DNA of 63,744 nt, counting the filler, from Candidatus Lindowbacteria bacterium RIFCSPLOWO2_12_FULL_62_27 (GTDB taxonomy: Bacteria; Lindowbacteria; 2-12-FULL-62-27): assembly GCA_001784175.1 (NCBI GenBank). It is 3 parts of 3 records of this genome, joined end to end, with 100 filler letters (N's around TTAATTAATTAA, not from the genome) between each part and the next. Parts side by side here need not be neighbours in the genome. Positions count along the whole stretch, not along the records: positions 1 to 24,818 come from MFPR01000018.1; positions 24,919 to 49,351 come from MFPR01000021.1; 1 more part is not named here. The stretch is one strand, 5' to 3'. This document shows, in pieces, positions 18,632-26,775 of this stretch. Below the pieces are notes generated by a model that did not search any database, was not told the origin of the DNA, and saw only the letters and a list, made by a program, of their open reading frames with translations. A program made the translations under genes and the position numbers. Positions within the stretch are counted from its first letter, which is position 1; every line of letters starts with the position of its first letter.

Positions 18632-21600
18632 TTATTTGATCACCATCACTTTCCCGATCTTGCGCGCGCCGCCGCCTTCGATCATGTAAATGTACACGCC
18701 GCTGGCGACGCTGATGCCGTGCTTGTTGGTCGCGTCCCACACGGCGCGGCCGGTGCCGACGACCATGTCGATCTCGTCGACGATCTGGCCCGACACGTCA
18801 TAGATGCGGATCCGGGCGCCGTCCGGCAGGTTATCGAAGAAGACCTGCGTATGGCCGAGGCCGCTGTTGGGCTTGAAGGGATTGGGATAGGCGATAGCGT
18901 TATCGACCGTGGCGGCCGGCGCGCGCCCGAGGACGGCGAAGATGGTCAGGTGGTTCACGACGGCTTCGACGTAGTTCATCTTGTCGTTCACGGTGAAGGT
19001 CGGCTCGATCTTCCATCGGCTGGTGATGACGTCGACGAAGTACGGCGCGAGGCTCTTTTCCCGGATGGTGGTGCGGTCGATGATGCCGTCCGCGTCGGTA
19101 TCGCCATACTGCATGATAATGCTGACATTTTTATCGAATTTGGTCTTCGCGACGTCGTTCTTGTAGACCTGGATCGACACCTCGCTGTGCGCCTCGTTGT
19201 CGGTCAGGTAGATGGGGGTGACGCCCGGAATGAGATTGAGGACGCTGTTGGCCGAAGTGACGAGGGTCTGGTCCGCGACGCTCATTTCGCGGAAGATCGC
19301 GAGCGCGATCCGGTCGGAGTCGCCGACTTCGCTCGCGTCGAAGATCGCCGTCACGCGGTTCTGGGTGCGCGCCCCGTTGATCACGTCCTGCTTGCTGGTC
19401 GCCAGCGTGAACTTCTGGCCGGGGCGGATGCGGATGAAAGGCTCAAAGAGGAAGTTGCCGACCGTGACGCGCGCGATGAAGTCGGTCGATTCGGTGGCGG
19501 AGGGATAGACGAATCGGACCACGCCGTTGACGAAGGTTTCGGTGGCGCTGACGAAATTGGCGGCGGGGCTGCCGTCGACGATCTCGATGGCGGCGCGGAT
19601 GTCCCTGAGGAAGGTATTGACCGCGCCGGTTTCGCTGAGGAGGTAGAGCACGATATCGGTCGTATTGACCTGCGGCTCGATGCTGAGCTTGATGCCGAAG
19701 ACGAAGTTGCCGAGCTGGAAGATCTCGACCGTGTCGCTGACGAAGGTATCGAGGCCGGAGTCGGGGTCGACGTAGACGAAGTAGGCGGTGTCGGCGTTCC
19801 GGAAGAGAAGTTTGCCGTCGTCGAAGACCGCCGTATCGGTCCCGGTGTCGTACTTGTAGAGGAGCTGGACGCCGTCCGGCGCGCGGAAGATGCCGGCGTG
19901 GGCGGCGATTTCGGTCAGGACGACGATTTCGGAGTCGCCGGTGCCTTCGATGATCACGCGGACCGACACCGTTTCGATGGTGATCGCGGACTTGTTCTGG
20001 TTGGTGTCGGTCACCTCGATGTACATGCGGTCGTGGAAGGAGGCGTCGTAGTTGGTGACCGTGATGTTGTTGGTGTCGGTGAACCGCCCGCCGGACTTGA
20101 CCGACGGCTGGGAGATGCCGGCGGTGTCGAATCCGAATTCGAGGTTATAGGTGTCGCGATAGCCGGCCATGACGATGTCGAGGCCGCCGATCAGCGTGAG
20201 CTTGCTGTCGCCGGGCACGACGGACGCGCGAGGGCCGGTTTCGGTCGGGAGCGTGACGAGCGCGCGGAAGACGAAGGCGCTGCGGTCGAGTTCCCAGAGG
20301 GTCACGAACTCGGTGTCGAGGTAGTTCGTGTCGAAAGCCGACGAGGGCGAGTCGAGGTCGCGGAAGCTGTTGATGGCGATGGTGACCGAGTCGATGAAGT
20401 TCAGGTCGAGGTTGTAGTCGGAGTCGGTGACCTCGACGAAGACCGAATCGCCGATCGCGTAGGTGTCCGCGTCGATCCAGCCGCCCGGACCCTGGCGGAG
20501 GAGCCGCACGAAGGCCTTGGATGCGACGGGCAGGAGGATGGCGCTGTCGGTGGAACCCTCGAACACGAAATAGTTGTCGTCGTAGCGGACGAAGATCGTG
20601 TCATAGAGCGGTGCGTTGAGGATGCCGTCCTGTGCGGCCGGGCCGGTGTCAATCGCGAGTCCGGCCGTAGAATCGTTGTTGAAGGATCCGGAGAAGAAGG
20701 TCCCCCAAGGCGTGGCGGACGAGTCGAGCGTTTCAGACAGCACGACCCGTTCGCTGTCGCCGCCGGTGGCTGCGAAGACGTAGACGACCACCGTATCCTG
20801 GAAATTCGTGAAGCCGCGCTGGTCGGAGTCGTTGACCGTGATGAAGATCCGGCGGTTCGTGTTGTAGTTGGCGCGGTCGAGCCGGACGGCCGACTGGGTC
20901 GGCTGGAAGATGACCGCCCGGGTGTCGTAGGAGGTCGAGGTGTCGGCGATGCTCCAGTAGGCGACGAGGATGGAATCGCCGGGCCGGACGGTGAGGACGC
21001 GGTTGAAGGCCTGGATCGGATAGGCGGTTTCGGACGCGAGGAGCGTGTTGACCGAGCCGGGGTTATTGGTGAAGAGCTCGGGGTTATTGCTGAAGATGCC
21101 GGTGGTCTCGCCGGTTTCGGTCAGCCAGAGGATTTCGGTGTCGCCCACGGTGGGAGACATGACAGTGCACATGACGACCTCGCGTACGCTCTGGTTGATG
21201 TTGAGCGAGAAGTCGCGGACCGTGAGGGTGATCGTGTCGAGCGAGAAATAGAACGTGTCGTCAAAGGCGATCTTGCCGGCGGACTTGATGATGGCCGAGT
21301 CGAAGTCGCTGTCGGACGGATCGTCGTTGTCGACGTACATGAAGTAGACCGAGTCGCCCTCCTGCCATTTGAGCTGGCCGTCGTTGAGGCTCGCGCCGAT
21401 GATGGTGTCCGACCCGAGGATCTTGTCGGTGCGGAACACGCCGGAGGTATCGGTGGTTTCAGTGAGGACAAAGACCTCGGTTTCGCGCAGGGCGCCGTTG
21501 TTGGCCGGATCGCCGATCACGACGGTGATGGTGATCGTGTCGCGGGCGTAGGGGTTCTCATTTTCGTCCGTGTCGGTGATCTGGACCGTGAAGAACTCGA

Positions 21601-24600
21601 TGCGGACGTAGGTGTCGCGCCGGAGGAGGAACACGCTGTCGTAGAAGTCGGCGAGGGACGGGACGCCGCGGTAGATGAGGGCGGTGTCAAGCCCGCTGTC
21701 CGTCCCGGCCACGCTGTCGACGTACTGGACCGAGACCGTGTCGAAGTTGGCCGCGAGGAGGACGCGGGAGGAGTCCGAGGGATTCGTGATGGTGTCGGAG
21801 ATCCATATCTGCCCGCGCCAGATTTCGCTGTCGCTGCGAACCTCCGTCAACCAGACGTACTCGCTGTCGCCGGTCTGGGGCACCTGGATGAGGACGAGGA
21901 TGGCCTCGGTCTCCTGCGGGTCGACGTTCATGTCCTCGTCGACGACCTCGATGAGGAGGCTGTCATGGCCGGTCGTGCGGTCGTGTCCGGTGCCGAAGAC
22001 GTCGGTGTCCAGACCATCGGCGAGGAGCCGGAGCCTCGCGGGCTTGGCGGATTCGCCGACGTAGGCGGTGTCCTCGGCCTCGGCCCAGACGCCGACCTGA
22101 TCGAAGTACTCGACGAGGAGGGTATCGCCACGCCCGGCGAGGAGCTTGCCGTTGCCGAATCCCGTGGCGAACATGGTATCGGAGAGGAGGAGCCCGCTCA
22201 TGTCGATGCGGAAGACGCCGCTGGTTTCGGAGGTTTCGGTCAGGACGATCGTTTCCGTATCGATGAGGATCTTGTCGGTACGGTTGGCGTTCCAGCTCGT
22301 CACGTAGACCAGAACCGTGTCCCGGGTCTGCGGGTTGAGGTTCGCGTCGATGTCCGACACTTCGAGGCCCATCGTGTCCGGCAAGAGGAAGGTGTCGCCG
22401 TTGTCGAACGCGAAGAAGGCGACGGACTCGGCGGTCGTGATTTCGAGCGCGAGGGCCGTGTCGAAGGCGGTATCCGTGCCGAAGTTCGGGTCGGTGTAGG
22501 CCACGTGCAGGGTATCGGACCGGCCCCAACTGATGATGCCGTCGCCGGCCAGCGGGAGTTTGGTGTCGGTGAGGACCACGGTATCGCTGCGGAAGATGCC
22601 GGTCGTCTGGCCGGACTCGGTGAGGAGGAGGACCTCGGTGTCGATGATGATGTTGTAGGCGTTGTCCGAAACAAAGACCGTGACCGTGGTCGTTTCGACG
22701 CTCTGCGGGTTGCGGTTCTCGTCCGTGTCATGGACAGCGACGTAGAGGTAGTCCCGGGTGAAGTAGGTATCGACCTCGTCGCCAAACGCCTGATCCTCGT
22801 ACAGGACCACGCGGGCCGGCGTGCGGATTTCGATCGCCAGCGCCGTATCGAATCCGACGTCCGTCCCGTCGGTCGCGTCGACATAGAGGACGTGGGTCGT
22901 GTCGTTGAGGCCCCACGAGAGGATGCCGTCCCCGGGCACAGGGGAGACGGTATCGGTGAGGACGATGGCGCCGCTCAGGAAGATGCCGCCGGTTTCGGAC
23001 GACTCCGTCAGGATGATGGTTTCGGAATCGACGATTTCGCTGTTCGTGTCGTTGCCGACGCGGACGACGACGAAGATCGTGTCCTTGACGTGCGGGTTGC
23101 GGTTTTCGTCCGTGTCCTGCACCAGGATGTACATGACGTCCTTGGTCAGATAAGTGTCCACGTCGTCGGTGTAGGCCGAGTCCTCGTACAACTGGATCGC
23201 CATCCGCGTCCCTGTCTCGAGGGCGAGGGCCGTGTCGACCGCGACTTCGCTCAGGCCCGTGATGTCGGTGTACGTCACGTGCAGGGTGTCGGTGCGACCC
23301 CAGCTCATGCGCGTATTTTCGACCACCGGGAATTCCGTGTCGGTCAGGGCGAGCGCGTCGCTCAGGAAGACGCCCGACGTCTCGCCGCTTTCGGTCAGGA
23401 CCAGCGTCTGCGTGTCGATCACAAGTCCCTCGAGGCTGATGCCGGCGCTGAGGGTCCCTTCCGTCGTGCCGTTGCCGACGAAGACGGTGACCTGGACCGT
23501 ATCCTTCATCTGCGGGTTGCGGTTCTCGTCCGTGTCGTGGACCGCGATGTAGGTCACATCTCTTGTGTAGAAGGTGTCGACCTCGTCCCCGTAGGCCGTG
23601 TCCTCGTAGAAGACGGCGCGGGCGACGGTCGGGATTTCAATCGCGAGGGCGGTATCGGCGCTCGAGTCCGTGGACGTGTGGACGTCCACATATTTGACAT
23701 GGATCGTGTCCTGCCGGCCCCAGCTCACCCGGCCGTCCTCGACCGCCGGATAGAGCGTGTCGGTCAGGACCACCGTATCGCTGCGGAACACCGCACTCGT
23801 CTCCGCGCTCTCCGTCAGCACCAGCGTCTGCGTGTCGATCACCAGTCCCTGCGCGTGCGACCCTTCGGCGTAGCCGTTGCCCACGAAGATCGTGACCGTG
23901 ATCGTGTCTTTGAGCTGCGGGTTCCGGTTCTCGTCCGTGTCGCTCACCTGCACGTACATCACGTCCCGCGTGAGGTAGGTATCGACCTGATCGGCGAATG
24001 CGACGTCCTCGAAGAATTCGGCGACGCTCTGGATCGGCGAGTCCACCACCAAGGCCGTGTCCCAGCTCGAATCGCTGATCCCCACATTCGCGTCCACGTA
24101 CACCACGTGCAGCGTGTCGAACAATCCCGCCGCCAACCGCCCGTTCTCCACCCCGATCGGATACTCCGTGTCCGCCAGCGTCACGTTCCCGCTCCGGAAC
24201 ACCGCGCTCGTCTCCCCCGCCTCCGTCAAAATGATCGTCTCCGTGTCCAGAATCAGGCCCTGCGCGCTCGCCCCTTCCGCGATCCCGTTCGCCACGTACA
24301 CCGTCACCGTCACCGTGTCGCGCTGCTGCGGGTTGCGGTTCTCGTCCTGGTCCCGCACCTCGATCCACACCAGCTCCTGCCTCGGCCAGTACGTGTCCAC
24401 CGCGTCCGTAAATCCGCTGTCCTCGTAAAACTGCACCACGCTCGCCGTCGCGCTGTCCACCACCAATGCCGTGTCAATCCGAACGTCGCTTACGTCGTTC
24501 GTGTCCGCGTACACCACGTGCATCGTGTCAAACAGCCCCACCGCCAGCACGCCGTTCTGCGCCGCCAGCGGATACTCCGTGTCCACCACCGCGATCGCGC

Positions 24601-24817
24601 CGCTTCGGAATACCCCGCCCGTCTCACCCGCCTCCGTCAGAATCAACGTCTCCGTGTAGAGTATGAGGCCCAGGCTGCTCGCCCCTTCCGCGATCCCGTT
24701 CCCCGCGTACACCGTCACCNNNNNNNNNNNNNNNNNNNNNNNNNNNNNNNNNNNNNNNNNNNNNNNNNNNNNNNNNNNNNNNNNNTCCTGCCTCGGCCAG
24801 TACGTGTCCACCGCGTC
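18632..24817 (-). CDS. Giant acidic repeat surface protein (5'-truncated, gapped), at least 13 ~120-aa modules, C-terminal FlgD-Ig/T9SS-like sorting domain
   Basis: Repeated module V.D.DEN.NPQ..DT..V.V...DTE...LTE..ET.GVFRS. It ends AIAYPNPFKP...IRIYDVSGQIV...WDATNKHG..VASGVYIYMIE...KIGKVMVIK. Confidence 0.88.
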   Translation of the reverse strand, partial: DAVDTYWPRQXXXXXXXXXXXXXXXXXXXXXXXVTVYAGNGIAEGASSLGLILYTETLILTEAGETGGVFRSGAIAVVDTEYPLAAQNGVLAVGLFDTMHVVYADTNDVSDVRIDTALVVDSATASVVQFYEDSGFTDAVDTYWPRQELVWIEVRDQDENRNPQQRDTVTVTVYVANGIAEGASAQGLILDTETIILTEAGETSAVFRSGNVTLADTEYPIGVENGRLAAGLFDTLHVVYVDANVGISDSSWDTALVVDSPIQSVAEFFEDVAFADQVDTYLTRDVMYVQVSDTDENRNPQLKDTITVTIFVGNGYAEGSHAQGLVIDTQTLVLTESAETSAVFRSDTVVLTDTLYPAVEDGRVSWGRQDTIHVKYVDVHTSTDSSADTALAIEIPTVARAVFYEDTAYGDEVDTFYTRDVTYIAVHDTDENRNPQMKDTVQVTVFVGNGTTEGTLSAGISLEGLVIDTQTLVLTESGETSGVFLSDALALTDTEFPVVENTRMSWGRTDTLHVTYTDITGLSEVAVDTALALETGTRMAIQLYEDSAYTDDVDTYLTKDVMYILVQDTDENRNPHVKDTIFVVVRVGNDTNSEIVDSETIILTESSETGGIFLSGAIVLTDTVSPVPGDGILSWGLNDTTHVLYVDATDGTDVGFDTALAIEIRTPARVVLYEDQAFGDEVDTYFTRDYLYVAVHDTDENRNPQSVETTTVTVFVSDNAYNIIIDTEVLLLTESGQTTGIFRSDTVVLTDTKLPLAGDGIISWGRSDTLHVAYTDPNFGTDTAFDTALALEITTAESVAFFAFDNGDTFLLPDTMGLEVSDIDANLNPQTRDTVLVYVTSWNANRTDKILIDTETIVLTETSETSGVFRIDMSGLLLSDTMFATGFGNGKLLAGRGDTLLVEYFDQVGVWAEAEDTAYVGESAKPARLRLLADGLDTDVFGTGHDRTTGHDSLLIEVVDEDMNVDPQETEAILVLIQVPQTGDSEYVWLTEVRSDSEIWRGQIWISDTITNPSDSSRVLLAANFDTVSVQYVDSVAGTDSGLDTALIYRGVPSLADFYDSVFLLRRDTYVRIEFFTVQITDTDENENPYARDTITITVVIGDPANNGALRETEVFVLTETTDTSGVFRTDKILGSDTIIGASLNDGQLKWQEGDSVYFMYVDNDDPSDSDFDSAIIKSAGKIAFDDTFYFSLDTITLTVRDFSLNINQSVREVVMCTVMSPTVGDTEILWLTETGETTGIFSNNPELFTNNPGSVNTLLASETAYPIQAFNRVLTVRPGDSILVAYWSIADTSTSYDTRAVIFQPTQSAVRLDRANYNTNRRIFITVNDSDQRGFTNFQDTVVVYVFAATGGDSERVVLSETLDSSATPWGTFFSGSFNNDSTAGLAIDTGPAAQDGILNAPLYDTIFVRYDDNYFVFEGSTDSAILLPVASKAFVRLLRQGPGGWIDADTYAIGDSVFVEVTDSDYNLDLNFIDSVTIAINSFRDLDSPSSAFDTNYLDTEFVTLWELDRSAFVFRALVTLPTETGPRASVVPGDSKLTLIGGLDIVMAGYRDTYNLEFGFDTAGISQPSVKSGGRFTDTNNITVTNYDASFHDRMYIEVTDTNQNKSAITIETVSVRVIIEGTGDSEIVVLTEIAAHAGIFRAPDGVQLLYKYDTGTDTAVFDDGKLLFRNADTAYFVYVDPDSGLDTFVSDTVEIFQLGNFVFGIKLSIEPQVNTTDIVLYLLSETGAVNTFLRDIRAAIEIVDGSPAANFVSATETFVNGVVRFVYPSATESTDFIARVTVGNFLFEPFIRIRPGQKFTLATSKQDVINGARTQNRVTAIFDASEVGDSDRIALAIFREMSVADQTLVTSANSVLNLIPGVTPIYLTDNEAHSEVSIQVYKNDVAKTKFDKNVSIIMQYGDTDADGIIDRTTIREKSLAPYFVDVITSRWKIEPTFTVNDKMNYVEAVVNHLTIFAVLGRAPAATVDNAIAYPNPFKPNSGLGHTQVFFDNLPDGARIRIYDVSGQIVDEIDMVVGTGRAVWDATNKHGISVASGVYIYMIEGGGARKIGKVMVIK

Positions 24818-24862
24818 CNNNNNNNNNNNNNNNNNNNNNNNNNNNNNNNNNNNNNNNNNNNN

Positions 24863-24874
24863 TTAATTAATTAA
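24863..24874. other. Artificial contig linker (TTAATTAATTAA flanked by Ns)
   Basis: Six-frame stop linker inside an N run, identical to 49396-49407. Confidence 0.95.
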
Positions 24875-24918
24875 NNNNNNNNNNNNNNNNNNNNNNNNNN
24901 NNNNNNNNNNNNNNNNNN

Positions 24919-25010
24919 TTCCGATGCCGTTGGCAGTCTCATCTCACCTTGCACCAGATGATTATGACTCACAACCTCGAAAATTCACCCACAGGAAAAC
25001 CGGAAGAGGC
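24919..25010. mobile_element. Probable IS end (ISL3-like terminus) interrupting brnT at the contig edge
   Basis: ACCCACAGGAAAACCGGAAGAGGC abuts AT-rich ATAAAAAT. BrnT similarity stops here and the contig ends about 90 nt further on. Confidence 0.45.
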
Positions 25011-25194
25011 ATAAAAATTTACCCCCGTTTGTCATACCCAATACGATTCTCCGATCCTCATATTCTTTATGCGGGATGACGATATTTGGATTTTCAAAAA
25101 CCTGTTCGATCTCCGTGTCAGAAATCCCGTGTAGTTTAAGGTTCTTACCAGAGTTATTTTTGTCCCACTCGAATTCATTGTAGGGAGCACGCAT
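24985..25194 (-). pseudogene. brnT: BrnT-family toxin, C-terminally truncated
   Basis: EFEWDKNNSGKNLKLHGISDTEIEQVF...EDRRIVLGMTNGGKFL. It lacks the usual C-terminal IRIISAR segment. Confidence 0.7.
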
Positions 25195-25203
25195 TCATGT
25201 CCA

Positions 25204-25234
25204 ATTGTATAGCATATGCTTTACGTTGTAAAGC
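25204..25234 (-). promoter_or_regulatory. Sigma70-like promoter of brnT with palindromic operator
   Basis: Minus strand TTTACA (25227-25232), 17-nt spacer, TACAAT (25204-25209). The inverted repeat GCTTTAC-N3-GTAAAGC (25218-25234) overlaps the -35 box. Confidence 0.6.
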
Positions 25235-25344
25235 TTTGGCCTCAATTTCCCTCTGTGGGGGGTGGCGTTCAACATCCGCGTTTGCGAATCCGGCGCCACG
25301 AAATCGATCCGGCCAAGTTCAGGCGCAACGGGTGGCCGGCAAAC

Positions 25345-25413
25345 GGGGCCGGGTATTGACTTAATTGACTTTTGCTCAAATCAAATAAGTCACGATAGTC
25401 AATACCCGGCCCC
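25345..25413. repeat. REP-like long inverted repeat just downstream of the carbohydrate operon
   Basis: GGGGCCGGGTATTGACT (25345-25361) and AGTCAATACCCGGCCCC (25397-25413) form perfect 17-bp arms, with an inner TGACTT/AAGTCA pair. Confidence 0.75.
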
Positions 25414-25426
25414 CGGGGTGTCCACG

Positions 25427-25831
25427 TCACGGCACAATCAGGAGAGAATTCGTTTCGGTGCCCTCGACGTCGGTCCGGGGGTTGCCCTCGTCTTTTTTCC
25501 AATCGACGCCGTCGATCACGAATTTGTACTGATACCGTTGGCCGTGTTGAAGATAAACTTGGCTGCCGCCGCTGAATTCCCGAAAGGGGATAATCACACT
25601 CCATTTGCCATCGCCTAATTTTTTCATGAATATCCTTTTTTCGTCCGGCGAAGTTTTCCAATCGTTGAACGTGCCGGCCACTTGAACACTAAAGGCCACC
25701 GGATTGAAATACTGCAACAGCATGCCCGTCTCGACGGCCTGCGGCGGAGGCGGCCGGTCGCCGAGGAGGGCGCATCCCGCCATGACCAACAGAATCGACA
25801 TGCCCCTCATTGCGGTTCTCGCGCTCATCAT
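25427..25831 (-). CDS. Lipoprotein with one CBM48/AMPK-beta-like glycogen-binding domain
   Basis: Lipobox-like VMAGC, then VQVAGTFNDW...MKKLGDGKWSV...RYQYKFVIDG. Confidence 0.85.
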   Translation of the reverse strand: MMSARTAMRGMSILLVMAGCALLGDRPPPPQAVETGMLLQYFNPVAFSVQVAGTFNDWKTSPDEKRIFMKKLGDGKWSVIIPFREFSGGSQVYLQHGQRYQYKFVIDGVDWKKDEGNPRTDVEGTETNSLLIVP

Positions 25832-26775
25832 TCCACTTTTCCCTCTTTCCCCTCCATCTGCAAGGTCAGCGAAAGAAAAAGGCTTGAGCTGAAGTGCCCG
25901 ATCCGGAGCGCCGCAAAATCCACGCGCCCCGCCTCAAAAAGGTCGACGCCGAATCCAACCCGCAATTTCTCGTCTCCGTCCGGCGTATACGCATAGCCTC
26001 CGCGCACGTGAAACCGGCTCAAGAGGGTCGCCTCCAAACCGAACGTGGCCGTCATCCCGTCCTGAACGTTTCCGTGTTTCAGGGAGAAATTGAATGTCAC
26101 AAGACGCCGATAGCCGATGGACGGTTGAAACGCCATCGCCGCTTCCAATTCCGTCGGCAGCTTTTCCTTCTGAACGAACCCCATGTCCGGCCCGACATTT
26201 TTGAGCACGACGCCAAACCGCCACAGATTCCCGTGCCCGGTCTGCAGTCGGCACTGATATCCGAAATCCCCCGCGTAGCCGTTCGCCGACCGATGGTACA
26301 GTGTCCGGTTCAAGTATTTCACGTTGAAGCCCAAGTGATGACGGCCCGTCAGCCGCAGTCCAATTCCGGTCGTCAGAACGCCGTCGCCGACCACGAAGGT
26401 GCTCAACGGCCGGCCCACGTTGTCGCGCTCGGTTTCTTCCGCATGAAGATACGCTCCGCTGAACCCCCACGCGAGCGGACCCGCGGGAAACGCAAAGCCG
26501 AAGAATTCGTTTTGCATGCCGCTCAACCACTCGGTGTGCGTGGCCGTCATCTGCGTCCGGCCGACCGTCGCCAGTCCCGCGGGGTTGTAGTAGAGCCCGT
26601 GCACGTCGTCCACCAGCGCGCCAAATCCTCCGCCCATCGCCACCGCCCGCGCGCTTGGCTCGATCCGCAGAAAATCGGCGCCGCTGGACCGTTCGCCGGC
26701 GGTGGCGGAAGCCGCAGCAAGTAACGTGCAAGCGGCCGCGAGTACGATGAATTGCGACCTGTTACTAATATCCAT
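25828..26775 (-). CDS. PorV/PorQ (UPF0164) family barrel, paralog 2
   Basis: GADFLRIEPSARAVAMGG...GLYYNPAGL, with a signal peptide. Confidence 0.88.
   Translation of the reverse strand: MDISNRSQFIVLAAACTLLAAASATAGERSSGADFLRIEPSARAVAMGGGFGALVDDVHGLYYNPAGLATVGRTQMTATHTEWLSGMQNEFFGFAFPAGPLAWGFSGAYLHAEETERDNVGRPLSTFVVGDGVLTTGIGLRLTGRHHLGFNVKYLNRTLYHRSANGYAGDFGYQCRLQTGHGNLWRFGVVLKNVGPDMGFVQKEKLPTELEAAMAFQPSIGYRRLVTFNFSLKHGNVQDGMTATFGLEATLLSRFHVRGGYAYTPDGDEKLRVGFGVDLFEAGRVDFAALRIGHFSSSLFLSLTLQMEGKEGKVE

Noticed and set aside
18368-24874. 2168-aa plus-strand ORF, and similar long antisense ORFs (13109-15697, 37120-39330, 42584-45133, 54157-57351)
   Set aside because: Shadow ORFs of high-GC genes on the opposite strand. 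They have no motifs, while the real strands have clear family signatures.
24720-24918. Apparent linkage of contigs A, B and C, and TTAATTAATTAA as a biological site
   Set aside because: It is an identical six-frame stop linker inside N runs, i.e. an assembly concatenation.
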